A stretch of 64,000 nt of DNA from Clostridia bacterium (GCA_017462385.1 JAFTRE010000011.1:24391-88390); one strand, 5' to 3'. Positions 9,505 to 19,612 are shown, numbered from the stretch's first letter. Program-made: numbers and translations. The notes: generated from the letters alone by a model not told the origin.

Positions 9505-10071
9505 TTATTGATTTGTGACCATTGTTGTCTTGAGCAGTGTCACATAAGCAATGCCGTATTTTGCGGACCTTATGACTTCATAGCGCTCGCCGAGCTTACC
9601 TTGAAGTATATCCTCGCCGCCCGATTCACAGACGATTATGCTTGTGGGCTTGAGCAGCTCGAGCTCACAAAGCTGTGTCAGCGCTGCGGCGACAAGCCCT
9701 TTATTATAGGGTGGATCAAGAAAAACTATATCAAATTTCGCTTTTCCGCGCAGACGGCGAAGCGCCTCGGTATAATCGGTACGAAGCAAGGTAACGTTGG
9801 ACTCGGAGTGCGTCTTTCGTATGTTTTTCTCAATTATATCGCATGCCGCGCCCGCATTGTCGCAAATGTACGCATGCGCCGCGCCGCGGCTGACAGCCTC
9901 CAGCGCCATTTGCCCCGAGCCGCCGAAAAGGTCAAGCACCTCTCTGCCTTCGATGCAAAATTGAAGCATGGAGAACACCGCCTCTTTGGCTCGCTCCGAA
10001 GTAGGACGTGTCGCCTCACCTTCAAGCGTATAAAGCTGTGTCCCGCGCGCCCTGCCGGTTATTATCCTCAT
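9505..10071 (-). CDS. rsmD: 16S rRNA (guanine966-N2)-methyltransferase
   Basis: MRIITGRARG...TRPTSERAKEAVFSML...DLFGGSGQMALEAVSRGA...FLDPPY. Confidence 0.9.
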   Translation of the reverse strand: MRIITGRARGTQLYTLEGEATRPTSERAKEAVFSMLQFCIEGREVLDLFGGSGQMALEAVSRGAAHAYICDNAGAACDIIEKNIRKTHSESNVTLLRTDYTEALRRLRGKAKFDIVFLDPPYNKGLVAAALTQLCELELLKPTSIIVCESGGEDILQGKLGERYEVIRSAKYGIAYVTLLKTTMVTNQ

Positions 10072-10135
10072 TTGAACACCTCGGTCTTTTACTAACTATA
10101 TTCTAACAGATATCACTCAAAAATGCAAGAATTTT

Positions 10136-11980
10136 TTAATTCTTACCGTCGCCGTGAAAATGCCGCCAAACATTCCCCGCGTCGGTCTCTCCTATGCCAT
10201 TGACAGCGGCGATATCCTCGCGGGTTGCCGACTTAATGGCGGCAAGCCCGCCGAAATGCGTCAACAACGCCTTTGCTTTTTTCTCGCCTATACCCGGTAT
10301 TACCGTCAGCGATGACGTGCGCAGGCTCTTGCGCTTTGACGCCTCGGTGCGTCCGTAGGTATAGCGGTGAACCTCTTCCTGTATCTTGTAAATAAATGTA
10401 AACACCTCGCGTTCGCGGGCTATATTTATCTCGCTGTCAAGCGTGGTCAGCGCACGTGTTTTATGATAATCGTCCTTTACCATGCCGAGAAGCGGTATAT
10501 CTATTCCAAGCTCTGCAAACAGCTCACTTATGACACCGACATGCCCACGCCCGCCGTCCAGCAGAATTAGGTCGGGACGGTGAGAAAACGAACCGTCCTC
10601 GTCAGACAGGTGCGCCAATCTGCGCGACAGCGCCTCACGCATTGCGGCATAGTCATCCGTCCCCTCGACGGTTTTGACGGTGAAATTGCGGTAATCCGAT
10701 TTTTTGAACTTTCCGTTCTCGCAAACTATCATACCCGCCCGCATGGCGTCTGCGCCGAAGTTAGAAATATCGTATGCCTCGATGCGTTCGGGATACACTT
10801 CCAATCCACATATCGACGCCAAGCGCACCAGCACGCTCTCGTCGCGTCCGACGCCCTCTGTATATTCGCGCACACGATCGGCGGCGTTTGCAACCGCCAG
10901 CTCGCACAACTTTTTCAATTCACCCCGCTCGGGTGTTTTTACAGCTACCTTATGCCCCGCGATATTTCCAAGATACCCTTCAAGCGCCTCGCGCTCGCCG
11001 TCCTCTAATGTGAACGACAGCAACACTCGCGGCGGTATATATTCGCAAATTTTATACTGCTCGCAGATAAACGCCGCCATGCCTTCCTCGTCAGCTATTT
11101 CACCCGCACCGAAAACATGACTGCGACGGTCGGTCAGAATACCGTCCCGTATGCTGAATACAGACACGCACGACGCACTCTCGCCGTCATAAAACGCGAT
11201 AACGTCGTGATCCTCGCCCGGCTTACCGACAACCTTTTGCTTTTCCCGCAATCGTTCCAATGCCGCAATAGTGTCACGACAGCGCGCCGCCTCTTCAAAA
11301 CGTTCGTTCTCGGCAAGCGCCATCATACGCTCGTGCAGCGTCTTTCGCACCGCTGCGGTGTTTCCACCGAGTATCTCGGCCGCGCTCCTGATAAGTCCAG
11401 CATATTCCTCGCGCCCGACATTGCCCGTACAAACTCCGCGGCACCGCCCCATCTGATAATAAATGCAGGGGCGCTCCCGCCCTATATCGCGCGGAAATGA
11501 GCGCTTACAGGAGGGCAGACCGAGGGTGCGATTGAGTGTTCCGATGACCGAAAACACGGTTGACGTGCCCGAATAGGGACCGAAATACTTCGCTCCGTCA
11601 TCCTCGCGGCGGCGGGTACATACAAGACGCGGATATTCATCGGCCGTGATCTTTATATAAGGGTAGGATTTTGCATCCTTGAGACGAATATTATATTTGG
11701 GAGAATACTGCTTGATAAAATTGTTTTCAAGCGTCAGCGCTTCAATTTCGGTGTCACAGAGTATAGTCTCAAACTCCCAGACCAGCGAGGTCATGCGCTC
11801 TGTCTTGGCGTTTTTCGCCCCCAACTGGAAATACTGCGACACACGGTTTTTCAGCTTGCGCGATTTTCCTACATATATGACCTTGCCGGACTTGTCATGC
11901 ATGATATACACGCCCGGCGTCAGCGGCAGTGCGTTTGCTTTTTCGAGAAGATATTCTCTTCTGCTCTCATTTGCCGACAT
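10136..11980 (-). CDS. uvrC: excinuclease ABC subunit C
   Basis: GIY-YIG N-terminus (PGVYIMHDKSGKVIYVGKSRKLKNRVSQYF), UvrBC domain, C-terminal (HhH)2. Confidence 0.97.
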   Translation of the reverse strand: MSANESRREYLLEKANALPLTPGVYIMHDKSGKVIYVGKSRKLKNRVSQYFQLGAKNAKTERMTSLVWEFETILCDTEIEALTLENNFIKQYSPKYNIRLKDAKSYPYIKITADEYPRLVCTRRREDDGAKYFGPYSGTSTVFSVIGTLNRTLGLPSCKRSFPRDIGRERPCIYYQMGRCRGVCTGNVGREEYAGLIRSAAEILGGNTAAVRKTLHERMMALAENERFEEAARCRDTIAALERLREKQKVVGKPGEDHDVIAFYDGESASCVSVFSIRDGILTDRRSHVFGAGEIADEEGMAAFICEQYKICEYIPPRVLLSFTLEDGEREALEGYLGNIAGHKVAVKTPERGELKKLCELAVANAADRVREYTEGVGRDESVLVRLASICGLEVYPERIEAYDISNFGADAMRAGMIVCENGKFKKSDYRNFTVKTVEGTDDYAAMREALSRRLAHLSDEDGSFSHRPDLILLDGGRGHVGVISELFAELGIDIPLLGMVKDDYHKTRALTTLDSEINIAREREVFTFIYKIQEEVHRYTYGRTEASKRKSLRTSSLTVIPGIGEKKAKALLTHFGGLAAIKSATREDIAAVNGIGETDAGNVWRHFHGDGKN

Positions 11981-12007
11981 TTTCTCCCTCCTCTCACATC
12001 GTCAAAG

Positions 12008-12048
12008 GCGACCCCTGCGGAGTCCTACGGACGCCCGCGGGGATCGCC
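12008..12048 (-). terminator. possible imperfect hairpin between ptsH and uvrC
   Basis: GCGACCCCTGCGG...CCGCGGGGATCGC with a bulge and a weak T tract. It may only attenuate read-through. Confidence 0.35.
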
Positions 12049-12069
12049 CTCACGGAAATTATATCAGAC

Positions 12070-12333
12070 TTACTCGGCAAGCCCCTGATCTATCAGAGTT
12101 GCCAAACCCTCTACCGCATCGGCCTCATCGGGACCGTCTGCACGCAAAGTAATGGTCATGCCCTTTGCAATACCAAGCGACAGGATTCCCAACAGGCTCT
12201 TGGCACTGACTATACGGTCATCCTTTTCAACCTTTATTACCGAGCGGTAACAATTTGCCTTCTGCACAAAAAATGTTGCCGGCCGGGCATGCAGTCCTAT
12301 ATTATTTGTGATTTTTACATCGCGAGATACCAT
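12070..12333 (-). CDS. ptsH: phosphocarrier protein HPr
   Basis: KITNNIGLHARPATFFV (His15 site) and SAKSLLGILSLG (Ser46 site). Start trimmed to MVSRDV (GGAGAAG SD). Confidence 0.9.
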   Translation of the reverse strand: MVSRDVKITNNIGLHARPATFFVQKANCYRSVIKVEKDDRIVSAKSLLGILSLGIAKGMTITLRADGPDEADAVEGLATLIDQGLAE

Positions 12334-12498
12334 TGCCTGAATCTTCTCCATTTCAACATATATCGACTATTAGACTATTATTAATAGTATATCAAATCAA
12401 TCGACTAAAATCAATAGCAAATCGTTTGTTTTTTTGAATGAAATTTCCATCCCGTAAAAGCTCGGTATATGTCATTTCACACATAAATATCTACTTAA

Positions 12499-13050
12499 TT
12501 AATTAATGGGCACGATTTCGGTGATCGTTATGTTCAAAGTAACGGTGTCTGTATAGACCGTCACGCTCTGCCCCACCGATACAAATTTCTCGCCCTCGAT
12601 GCTGAATCTTGAGTCGTCTCCATAGGTTCCGTTGCAGTTGAAAGCTCCCTCCGCATCTATCTTAGTCTGAGAGGGATAGCTCGCCAACACCAGCGAGCCG
12701 TTGCCGTCATCAATATACACCGATGCGGTGCGGCACACAAGCGTCGTGCTTCCTGCCGCCGCCTCATTCAGCAATGAAAACTCGGATATGCCGCAAAGCT
12801 TGCCCGCCTTTACACCGTCTGCAAAGTAAAGTGTGTTACCCTCGCCCAAATAGTTTGGCAAGGTGCTGTCTATACCCGTGACGCTGAATTTTACTCTGTA
12901 TTCCGCCATCTCATCGCCAAGTCCGAGGCTGTCCATAATGGAGTAACGGAACACAATACCGACTATACAAAGCACCACCAGCAGTACGATAACACCGTCA
13001 AGAAGATTAAAACGCACCCGACGGGCGGATATTTTTTGCTGTTCGTTCAT
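12499..13050 (-). CDS. single-pass membrane protein, DUF4330-like (paralogue 1)
   Basis: Basic N-terminus then RFNLLDGVIVLLVVLCIVGIVF TM helix, with a beta-rich ectodomain. Same layout as the next gene. Confidence 0.6.
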   Translation of the reverse strand: MNEQQKISARRVRFNLLDGVIVLLVVLCIVGIVFRYSIMDSLGLGDEMAEYRVKFSVTGIDSTLPNYLGEGNTLYFADGVKAGKLCGISEFSLLNEAAAGSTTLVCRTASVYIDDGNGSLVLASYPSQTKIDAEGAFNCNGTYGDDSRFSIEGEKFVSVGQSVTVYTDTVTLNITITEIVPIN

Positions 13051-13086
13051 TATCTCATAACCTTTCTTGAAATTTCAGTGAGGCGA

Positions 13087-13626
13087 TCAATATACGCCGT
13101 AAATGGAAACACAGCTTCCGCCTCCGGAAAAGCCGTCAAAGCTCAAATTGACGGGACTTCCGACAGATATGCGGTTCCCATTGACGGTATAGCCCGCGCC
13201 CGCCTTATAGGTTGCCTTGACCTGCAAAGTAACACAAAGCTTTACAGGTGTATTGCCTGCGGCGTCCGCCGGCAATGCCCTTTGAACAATACCGCCGGAT
13301 GCGGGATCGTAAATGTATTTGACCTGCGGCTCAATCTTGACCGAGCTTACCGTGCCGAGCGACTGCGTGCCGACACTGCCAAGTGCCGTATCTCCGACAG
13401 CAATACTGTTGGCCATAGCGCTTGATACCCCGTCAAATTCAACGGTATATTCAATTGTCTGAGACGATCCCGCGTTTCCGAAGAACGAAAATGAGGTGAA
13501 ATATTCTATCGCCACCAGCACCAAAAACACCAATACGATTATCAGCGCTATGTCTACAATGTTTATTCTGACCGAGCGAGCATCGCCGTCATCATGACCG
13601 CGCTTTTTTGGTTTTATATATTGCAT
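13087..13626 (-). CDS. single-pass membrane protein, DUF4330-like (paralogue 2)
   Basis: RINIVDIALIIVLVFLVLVAIEYF TM helix, parallel to paralogue 1. Start trimmed to the second ATG (MQYIKP) for AGGAGA spacing. Confidence 0.6.
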   Translation of the reverse strand: MQYIKPKKRGHDDGDARSVRINIVDIALIIVLVFLVLVAIEYFTSFSFFGNAGSSQTIEYTVEFDGVSSAMANSIAVGDTALGSVGTQSLGTVSSVKIEPQVKYIYDPASGGIVQRALPADAAGNTPVKLCVTLQVKATYKAGAGYTVNGNRISVGSPVNLSFDGFSGGGSCVSIYGVY

Positions 13627-13638
13627 AGCCATTCTCCT

Positions 13639-15594
13639 TTACTCAATTATATTAACTCCGACCTGTGCCGACTCGGGTGACATTTCCTCATGCACATCCC
13701 GGTCCTCGCTGCGCAGTGCGTTAATATACGCGACTGTCAGCGCCATGATCGACCAGAACACAAAGAATACTCTGTAATTATACCAGATGTTGTCCGCAAG
13801 TCCCATAACCAGCATCGACAGTATGCCGCAAAGTCCCGCCGCAACGGTCATACGTTGCTTGCCCGAGTGCTTTACTATGGCACCAAAGCAGTTTTGCACA
13901 AACAGTATCATAATTATAGCAAATGTCAAAGCGCCGGCAATTCCCGTCTCACAAAGCACCTGCATTATCAGATTGTGAGCATGAGGCGTTGCTTCGATGC
14001 CTACATACGCAAACAGCGGATATACCTGCTCAAACGCCGCGGATCCGACTCCGATACCGGATGCCCACACCCTCTCCAGCATGCGACCTACGCCGCGCCA
14101 TGTATACACACGGTAATATGTGGAGGAGTCGCTCATATTTCCGATACTGAGAAACCTGCTGACAACATCCTGCGGCAAGAACGATCCGACCAACGGCAGA
14201 CACAGCCCACCCGCGAGCAACACCTGAAGTGTTTTGTAGCTGAAAATGAGAAAGAACACAACAATGCCGAATATAGCTCCCAGCCATGCCCCTCTCGACC
14301 ATGTCCACACAAGCGCAACTATCGACACAAGTGCCGAGAACATCGACAGAAACTTCTTTTTAATGCCGGCTGAATATATCATCATCAGCAGCAAAAGCGG
14401 CAATATAGCTATAAGATACGCGCCGAATACATTCGGATTATCGAAAAATGATGTTGCTCTGCCCTCGATATATGCAAACATTTCTGTGTCCAACCAATCC
14501 GCAGTAGCGTTTCCGAGCAAATACTGTATCACACCGTACAAGCCCGCAATACCGCCCGACACCGCAAGCACCGTCAGCGCATGGCGGCAATCATCCCTGG
14601 TTCGGAAAAGATTTACGATAAGATTAAATCCCTGCAAAAGTATAAAATATACCAGCGCGGACGAAAGCGACGCCTTTCCGCCAACACTTACAATACCGCC
14701 GAGCAAGATCATTACCGAAAACAATGATACAAACACGCCCACCAGACCGAATCTCATAGTACGCTTGCCGCGCAGATATTTTATAAAATAGCTTACCGTT
14801 GTCAACAAGACTCCGCACGCCAGCAACAATGTCGGATGCTTGAAAATTGACAAAAACGGAACCGCCGACAAAAGTGCCATGATGCCCACCTCGGGCAAGC
14901 TTAGCACTACCCACACCAGCACCAGCATAGCCACGGCCGCGATAAGAGCGGTGGGTTCAACAAAATATGTCAGCGCTCCGAGCACCATTCCGAGCACAAG
15001 CGCCATGCTGTAACGCACATTTTCCTTATCTCCCGGGGGGTAAAGCTTATCCTCGTGTATACGCAAAAGACGAATGAGTATCAGTCTGCTTATCGACGCC
15101 TCGCGCAACACCTGCGCTAACGAACGCTTGATAAGCGCCAACGGAATTGCAATGATAACAAGTATTCCTCCGCATATGATGGCGTTATCATTTACAGCTT
15201 CGCCGGTTATAACACGCTTCAGCAACGCCATGGCCACCGAATAAAAGCCGAAAACAATGAAAAACGTGCTATAAACCCGCATACCGAGGCTTAGCATATA
15301 ACCCGGCACGCGTCCGAGAGCCGACAGCAAAAGGCTGTTTTCAAACGCCGCGGCGAATCTGCGGCGCATACGCCTTATCAATGTTTTTTTACCCGGATGC
15401 GAGCCCGCAATAAAGCCGGTCACACTTCCTTCAAAGCACTCCTCTTCCCGCTCATATGCGGTGAAAAAGCGCCCAAAGATACCGTGAGCCAAATTTAAAT
15501 ACAGCCAAGTTGCGGCTGTCTTGAAGGCAAAGAGGATAACACTGGTTTTGGCTTGGTGCGATAGCTTTTCTTTAATATTCAATTTTGATCGCAA
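13639..15594 (-). CDS. O-antigen ligase (Wzy_C) family polytopic membrane protein
   Basis: At least 10 TM helices and the characteristic VWTWSRGAWLGAIFG loop motif. Proposed start is TTG 15594, with AAGGAGG (15608-15602) 7 nt upstream. The ORF-track start at 15672 overlaps trmD by 94 nt. Confidence 0.8.
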   Translation of the reverse strand: MRSKLNIKEKLSHQAKTSVILFAFKTAATWLYLNLAHGIFGRFFTAYEREEECFEGSVTGFIAGSHPGKKTLIRRMRRRFAAAFENSLLLSALGRVPGYMLSLGMRVYSTFFIVFGFYSVAMALLKRVITGEAVNDNAIICGGILVIIAIPLALIKRSLAQVLREASISRLILIRLLRIHEDKLYPPGDKENVRYSMALVLGMVLGALTYFVEPTALIAAVAMLVLVWVVLSLPEVGIMALLSAVPFLSIFKHPTLLLACGVLLTTVSYFIKYLRGKRTMRFGLVGVFVSLFSVMILLGGIVSVGGKASLSSALVYFILLQGFNLIVNLFRTRDDCRHALTVLAVSGGIAGLYGVIQYLLGNATADWLDTEMFAYIEGRATSFFDNPNVFGAYLIAILPLLLLMMIYSAGIKKKFLSMFSALVSIVALVWTWSRGAWLGAIFGIVVFFLIFSYKTLQVLLAGGLCLPLVGSFLPQDVVSRFLSIGNMSDSSTYYRVYTWRGVGRMLERVWASGIGVGSAAFEQVYPLFAYVGIEATPHAHNLIMQVLCETGIAGALTFAIIMILFVQNCFGAIVKHSGKQRMTVAAGLCGILSMLVMGLADNIWYNYRVFFVFWSIMALTVAYINALRSEDRDVHEEMSPESAQVGVNIIE

Positions 15595-16313
15595 TCGTTT
15601 GCCTCCTTTCCGCGTCCGAGCAGATCGGGGCGCTTTTGCGCGGTCAGCGCCTCGGCAGTCTCGCGACGCCACTTATCTATATTTGCGTGATGCCCCGATA
15701 TCAGCACATCGGGCACGCGCACTCCATGAAATTCATAGGGCCGTGTATATTGCGGATACTCCAGCATGCCGCAGGATATACTTTCATCCTCATAGCAGAC
15801 CGCTTCCGCCAGCACGCCGTCACACAGTCTTGCTACGCAGTCAACAAGTATGCAGGCGGGTATCTCGCCGCCCGTGAGCACATAGTCGCCGACAGATATC
15901 TCCTCGTCAACTATCTCGTCCAACACACGCTGGTCTATCCCCTCATAGTGACCGCAAAGAATTATCAGCCTGTCATAGTCTCGCTCAAGCTCGACTGCCC
16001 TTTGCTGTGTCAGCACGCGCCCCTTGGGGGACATATATATAACATGCCGCCGCTCGTCTGGCGGTGCATTTCCCCGCCCATCCGCAAGAACCGCCTCATA
16101 GCAGTTATAAACAGGGGGAGCCATCATAAGCATTCCCTTGCCGCCACCGTAGGGCGTATCGTCAACGCGGCGATGCTTGTCCTCGCTATAGTCGCGTATG
16201 TTGTAGGCGTTTACCTCTATATATCCCGCTTGCTGTGCGCGACCAATAATGCTCTCGTCGAGCACACCGCGCACAAGCTCGGGAAAAAGCGTCATTATAT
16301 CAAATCTCATCAT
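15579..16313 (-). CDS. trmD: tRNA (guanine37-N1)-methyltransferase
   Basis: MRFDIMTLFPE...YNIRDYSEDKHRRVDDTPYGGGKGMLM...ISVGDYVLTGGE. Confidence 0.95.
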   Translation of the reverse strand: MMRFDIMTLFPELVRGVLDESIIGRAQQAGYIEVNAYNIRDYSEDKHRRVDDTPYGGGKGMLMMAPPVYNCYEAVLADGRGNAPPDERRHVIYMSPKGRVLTQQRAVELERDYDRLIILCGHYEGIDQRVLDEIVDEEISVGDYVLTGGEIPACILVDCVARLCDGVLAEAVCYEDESISCGMLEYPQYTRPYEFHGVRVPDVLISGHHANIDKWRRETAEALTAQKRPDLLGRGKEANDCDQN

Positions 16314-16315
16314 AC

Positions 16316-16819
16316 TCAGAACATTCCCTCAATTGGGCGCACATATATTCCGTGCTCAAGGTCTACCCTGTCGACAAACTCACCCACTGCCGGCATCATT
16401 CGCTCGCCGTCGGGAGTGTCGATAATGTAAATATCCGACGCACCGCGGTTTATTACCTCACGCAGCTTACCCAGCACCTTTCCGCTGTCTGCATCTATAA
16501 TATCAAGTCCGACAAGATCGGCGATAAAATAATCGCCCTCCTCCAGCTCGAAATCCTCACGCGTGGCGTATATGACTCTGCCGACCTGCGACTGCGCGGC
16601 GTCAATATCTCCGATACCCTGTATTTTTGCGATAACAAACTGCTTAAAGACAGACGCGCGGAGCACCTCGCGCTCCTCATAGTCGCCGCCGTTTTTGAAA
16701 TATACTCTTTCAAGAGAGGCGAGCACCTCGGGACTGTCGCACCAGGACTCCAGCTTAACTGCTCCGTCTATTCCGTGTGTATTTATGATCTTTCCGCATT
16801 CAAGGTATGCCGCCCGCAT
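16316..16819 (-). CDS. rimM: ribosome maturation factor RimM
   Basis: GKIINTHGIDGAVKLE...FYIADLVGL... PRC-barrel pattern. Stop lies 2 nt before the trmD start. Confidence 0.92.
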   Translation of the reverse strand: MRAAYLECGKIINTHGIDGAVKLESWCDSPEVLASLERVYFKNGGDYEEREVLRASVFKQFVIAKIQGIGDIDAAQSQVGRVIYATREDFELEEGDYFIADLVGLDIIDADSGKVLGKLREVINRGASDIYIIDTPDGERMMPAVGEFVDRVDLEHGIYVRPIEGMF

Positions 16820-16956
16820 CGGTAACGCTCCTTTGTAAATAAACTTATTCAGTATCTATTTTAACATATTATTGTACTTTTTGCAATGAATTATCGCTAT
16901 TTTTTCATTCAATGGTCATAATTTGAAAAACGGCATGCAAATTTTTCCGATTTCTA

Positions 16957-16985
16957 TTGAAATTCTCGCGATTTGGGGGTATAAT
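16957..16985 (+). promoter_or_regulatory. sigma-A type promoter for yajC
   Basis: TTGAAA, 17 nt, TATAAT. Confidence 0.75.
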
Positions 16986-17025
16986 ATAGACAAGCATAAA
17001 ACAACATTATTTTTGGAGGAACCAA

Positions 17026-17358
17026 ATGCACAATCTGTTTTTACTTACAACAACAGCCACACCCCAGGACACTACCGGTCAGTGGATAACCACAGGTATC
17101 ATGTTGGTGGTCCTCGTTGCCGTGTTCTATTTCTTCGGAATCAGACCCCAGAAAAAGCAGGAAAAAGAAACCAAGGCGATGCGTGATTCACTTCAGGTAG
17201 GTGACGAAATCACTACCATCGGCGGCATCATCGGTAAGGTCATCAGCATCAAGGAAGAGACTGTCATGATCGAAACAGGCCACGACCGCACCAAGATTCG
17301 CATTTTGAAATCCGCTATCCGCTCTATCGACGTTCACGCCGAGGACGCGGTCGACTGA
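17026..17358 (+). CDS. yajC: preprotein translocase subunit YajC
   Basis: One TM helix, then FFGIRPQKKQEKE...LQVGDEITTIGGIIGKVISIKEETVMIE. Confidence 0.9.
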   Translation: MHNLFLLTTTATPQDTTGQWITTGIMLVVLVAVFYFFGIRPQKKQEKETKAMRDSLQVGDEITTIGGIIGKVISIKEETVMIETGHDRTKIRILKSAIRSIDVHAEDAVD

Positions 17359-17431
17359 TAAAGCACCTGCATAAAACGCGCCCCCACAGCATATGATGTA
17401 CAAACATCATTTCACGGAGGCGCGTTTTATC

Positions 17432-17869
17432 ATGTCAAAAAACAAGCATCATCAAAAAAAGAGGGAGAGTAGCTCCCCTGCCCTCGCTATTATCAAAGGA
17501 CTTGCTGTCTCGGCCATATGCGCCGTCTCAATGATAACGCTCGCGGCGATAATAGTCTATTCAACTGCCGATCCGGCAAGCTTTGTGCTTCCCGCCGCCC
17601 TCGCCGCGCTATACATATCTTGCTTTGCGGGAGGACTTGCCTCCTCCCTGTCTTATGACGGAGACGTGCTGTGCGGTGTAATGAGCGGCGCCGCCGTTTT
17701 CGTCATCATAATTTTGCTATCATTACTGCTGCCCGGCGGCGCATCCGAGCGAGTAGGCACGGGAATATCCATAGCACTTCACGCCGTCTCGATACTGTTT
17801 GCCTTTTTCGGGGCACTCGCGGCGTCGAGCATATCCCGGCGGCACACCAAAAGACGCAGGAGAAGATAA
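17432..17869 (+). CDS. small multi-pass membrane protein (YrzE-like)
   Basis: Four predicted TM helices with basic N- and C-terminal tails. Position next to yajC resembles Bacillus yrzE. Start trimmed to MSKNKHH. Confidence 0.5.
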   Translation: MSKNKHHQKKRESSSPALAIIKGLAVSAICAVSMITLAAIIVYSTADPASFVLPAALAALYISCFAGGLASSLSYDGDVLCGVMSGAAVFVIIILLSLLLPGGASERVGTGISIALHAVSILFAFFGALAASSISRRHTKRRRRR

Positions 17870-17875
17870 ACATAT

Positions 17876-17921
17876 AAAAAGGGGCTGTCTCAAATCATAA
17901 ATTTGAGACAGCCTCTTTTTT
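17876..17921. terminator. bidirectional terminator
   Basis: AAAAAGGGGCTGTCTCAAAT-loop-ATTTGAGACAGCCTCTTTTTT. Confidence 0.8.
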
Positions 17922-18213
17922 AATCAAATGCGGCGGGAGTTGTATGCACGGCACGGCGAAGCGATGCCATGTAGTCGGCAACCTCGTCTCTCCAGCGCAG
18001 GTAGTGCTCGGTCTGCTTATGAGCGGCAGCCGCTTCTGCGTCAACATACACCTCGTAAAGCGTGAACTTTGTGGGGTCGTCGTTGCTCTGAAGCACGTCA
18101 AAGCGAACGTTGCCGGGCTCCTTGCGGGAATTGTCGTGATTATAAACGCTGATAGCCTTGAAAGCCTCAACAAACTCGGGCTTTACATCTACAAATACAA
18201 GTGTGGCAAGCAT
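17920..18213 (-). CDS. antibiotic-biosynthesis-monooxygenase (ABM) domain protein, YgiN-like
   Basis: MLATLVFVDVKPEFVEAF...EPGNVRFDVLQS...FTLYEVY ferredoxin-like ABM pattern. Start trimmed to MLATLV. Confidence 0.8.
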   Translation of the reverse strand: MLATLVFVDVKPEFVEAFKAISVYNHDNSRKEPGNVRFDVLQSNDDPTKFTLYEVYVDAEAAAAHKQTEHYLRWRDEVADYMASLRRAVHTTPAAFD

Positions 18214-18441
18214 TTTTATGTTTCCTTTCATAAAAATATATTAAAATTATTATATCATGCCCGCCCCGCTTTGTCAATCGCGCCTGCAGTCGAACATTTC
18301 AAATTTTTCTCAACTTTTTTCCCGAAACCCCTTGATTTTCGGACAAGAATGTGATATTATATATGACTGTATGGACATGAGCGTCCCCGCACCCTCTCAG
18401 GCGGCGACGCAACCAAAAATTTTTTGGAAAGGAGAGGAACC

Positions 18442-18705
18442 ATGCCTAATATCAAAAGTGCTAAAAAGCGCGTAAAAACCTCCGAGACACGCACTCTTCG
18501 CAACAAGATGTATCGCTCCGAGATGAAGACAATCATCAAGAAGTTCGATCTTGCTGTTGAGTCCGGCGACAAGGCTGCCGCAGAGGCTGCTTACACCGCT
18601 GCTGTTAAGAAGGTAGATCAGGCATCGGCACGCGGCATTCTCCACAAGAACACTGCGTCCCACAGAAAGAGTAAGTTCACAAAGAAGCTTAACTCGATGA
18701 ACTAA
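18442..18705 (+). CDS. rpsT: 30S ribosomal protein S20
   Basis: MPNIKSAKKRVKTSETRTLRNKMYRSEMKT... Start trimmed from the ORF-track start. Confidence 0.95.
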   Translation: MPNIKSAKKRVKTSETRTLRNKMYRSEMKTIIKKFDLAVESGDKAAAEAAYTAAVKKVDQASARGILHKNTASHRKSKFTKKLNSMN

Positions 18706-18722
18706 TAAGCAAAATGTAAAAT

Positions 18723-18761
18723 GGCGTCTCCGTCGTGACCGGAGACGCCGATTTTCTTTTT
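18723..18761 (+). terminator. intrinsic terminator after rpsT
   Basis: GGCGTCTCCG-loop-CGGAGACGCC followed by GATTTTCTTTTT. Confidence 0.8.
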
Positions 18762-18912
18762 ACCCCAAGCTGTTATTTTGTGCAAAAATGCTTTAACTTC
18801 ATTGATAAAATTGTGTTGACAAATTGCGATATGTGTGGTATTATTAATGCATATTAAATCGAGGATGTAATCTTCGCTGAGACATTTTATCCAGGAAAGG
18901 AATCTATTTTCT

Positions 18913-19578
18913 ATGAACATTAAAGGCGCGATCTTTGATCTTGACGGAACAACGATAGACACTTTGTTTTATTGGGATAACCTTTGGGCAAAGCTGGGGG
19001 AAATGTATCTCTCCGACAGAAGCTTCCGCCCCGGTCTTGACTTTGAAAAGGCTGTTCGCACCATCACACAGCAAGAGACCGCGCATCTTATCCACAACAC
19101 ATTTGGTTTTGGCGACTCGGGTGAGGCTCTTTATGAAATGATGTACCAAGACCTTTTGCATATGTTTAAATATGAAGCCAGCTTCAAGCCCGGCGCAAAA
19201 GAATTGCTCGATCATCTGAAAGCACGCGGCGTTAAAATGACCATCGCGTCGGCTTCCATGCCCGGTCTTCTCAAAGTGGTTTTTGACAGATTCGATCTTT
19301 ATCAATACTTCCCCAAAATAATCTCCTGTGCAGAGGTCGGCAAGGGCAAATCTCATCCCGATGTATTTATTGCCGCCGAAAAGTATCTCGGAACAACAAG
19401 AGACAACACCTGGGTATTTGAGGATTCCTTTGTTGCGCTTCAGACAGCAAAAAATGCAGGATTCCAAACAGTCGGTGTTTTTGATAAGTACAATTTCGGC
19501 TCTGTCGGAGTTGAGGACGTGTCAACAATATATATCGGCGAGGGTGATTCTTTCCTTCGCCTTATAGAGAAGATATAA
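18913..19578 (+). CDS. HAD-superfamily hydrolase (beta-phosphoglucomutase-like subfamily IA)
   Basis: Motif I AIFDLDGTTIDT, ASAS motif II, GKGKSHPDVF and FEDSFVALQTAKNAG motif IV. Confidence 0.85.
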   Translation: MNIKGAIFDLDGTTIDTLFYWDNLWAKLGEMYLSDRSFRPGLDFEKAVRTITQQETAHLIHNTFGFGDSGEALYEMMYQDLLHMFKYEASFKPGAKELLDHLKARGVKMTIASASMPGLLKVVFDRFDLYQYFPKIISCAEVGKGKSHPDVFIAAEKYLGTTRDNTWVFEDSFVALQTAKNAGFQTVGVFDKYNFGSVGVEDVSTIYIGEGDSFLRLIEKI

Positions 19579-19584
19579 AACATA

Positions 19585-19612
19585 AAGCCGAGGTTTACCT
19601 CGGCTTTTGTCT
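19585..19612 (+). terminator. intrinsic terminator after the HAD gene
   Basis: AAAGCCGAGG-TTTA-CCTCGGCTTT followed by TGTCTT. Confidence 0.7.

Noticed and set aside
15595-15672. N-terminal extension of the O-antigen-ligase ORF (MASRDCRGADRAKAPRSARTRKGGK...)
   Set aside because: It would overlap trmD by 94 nt and encodes an Arg-rich non-membrane tail. A much better start (TTG 15594, with AAGGAGG 7 nt upstream) exists.
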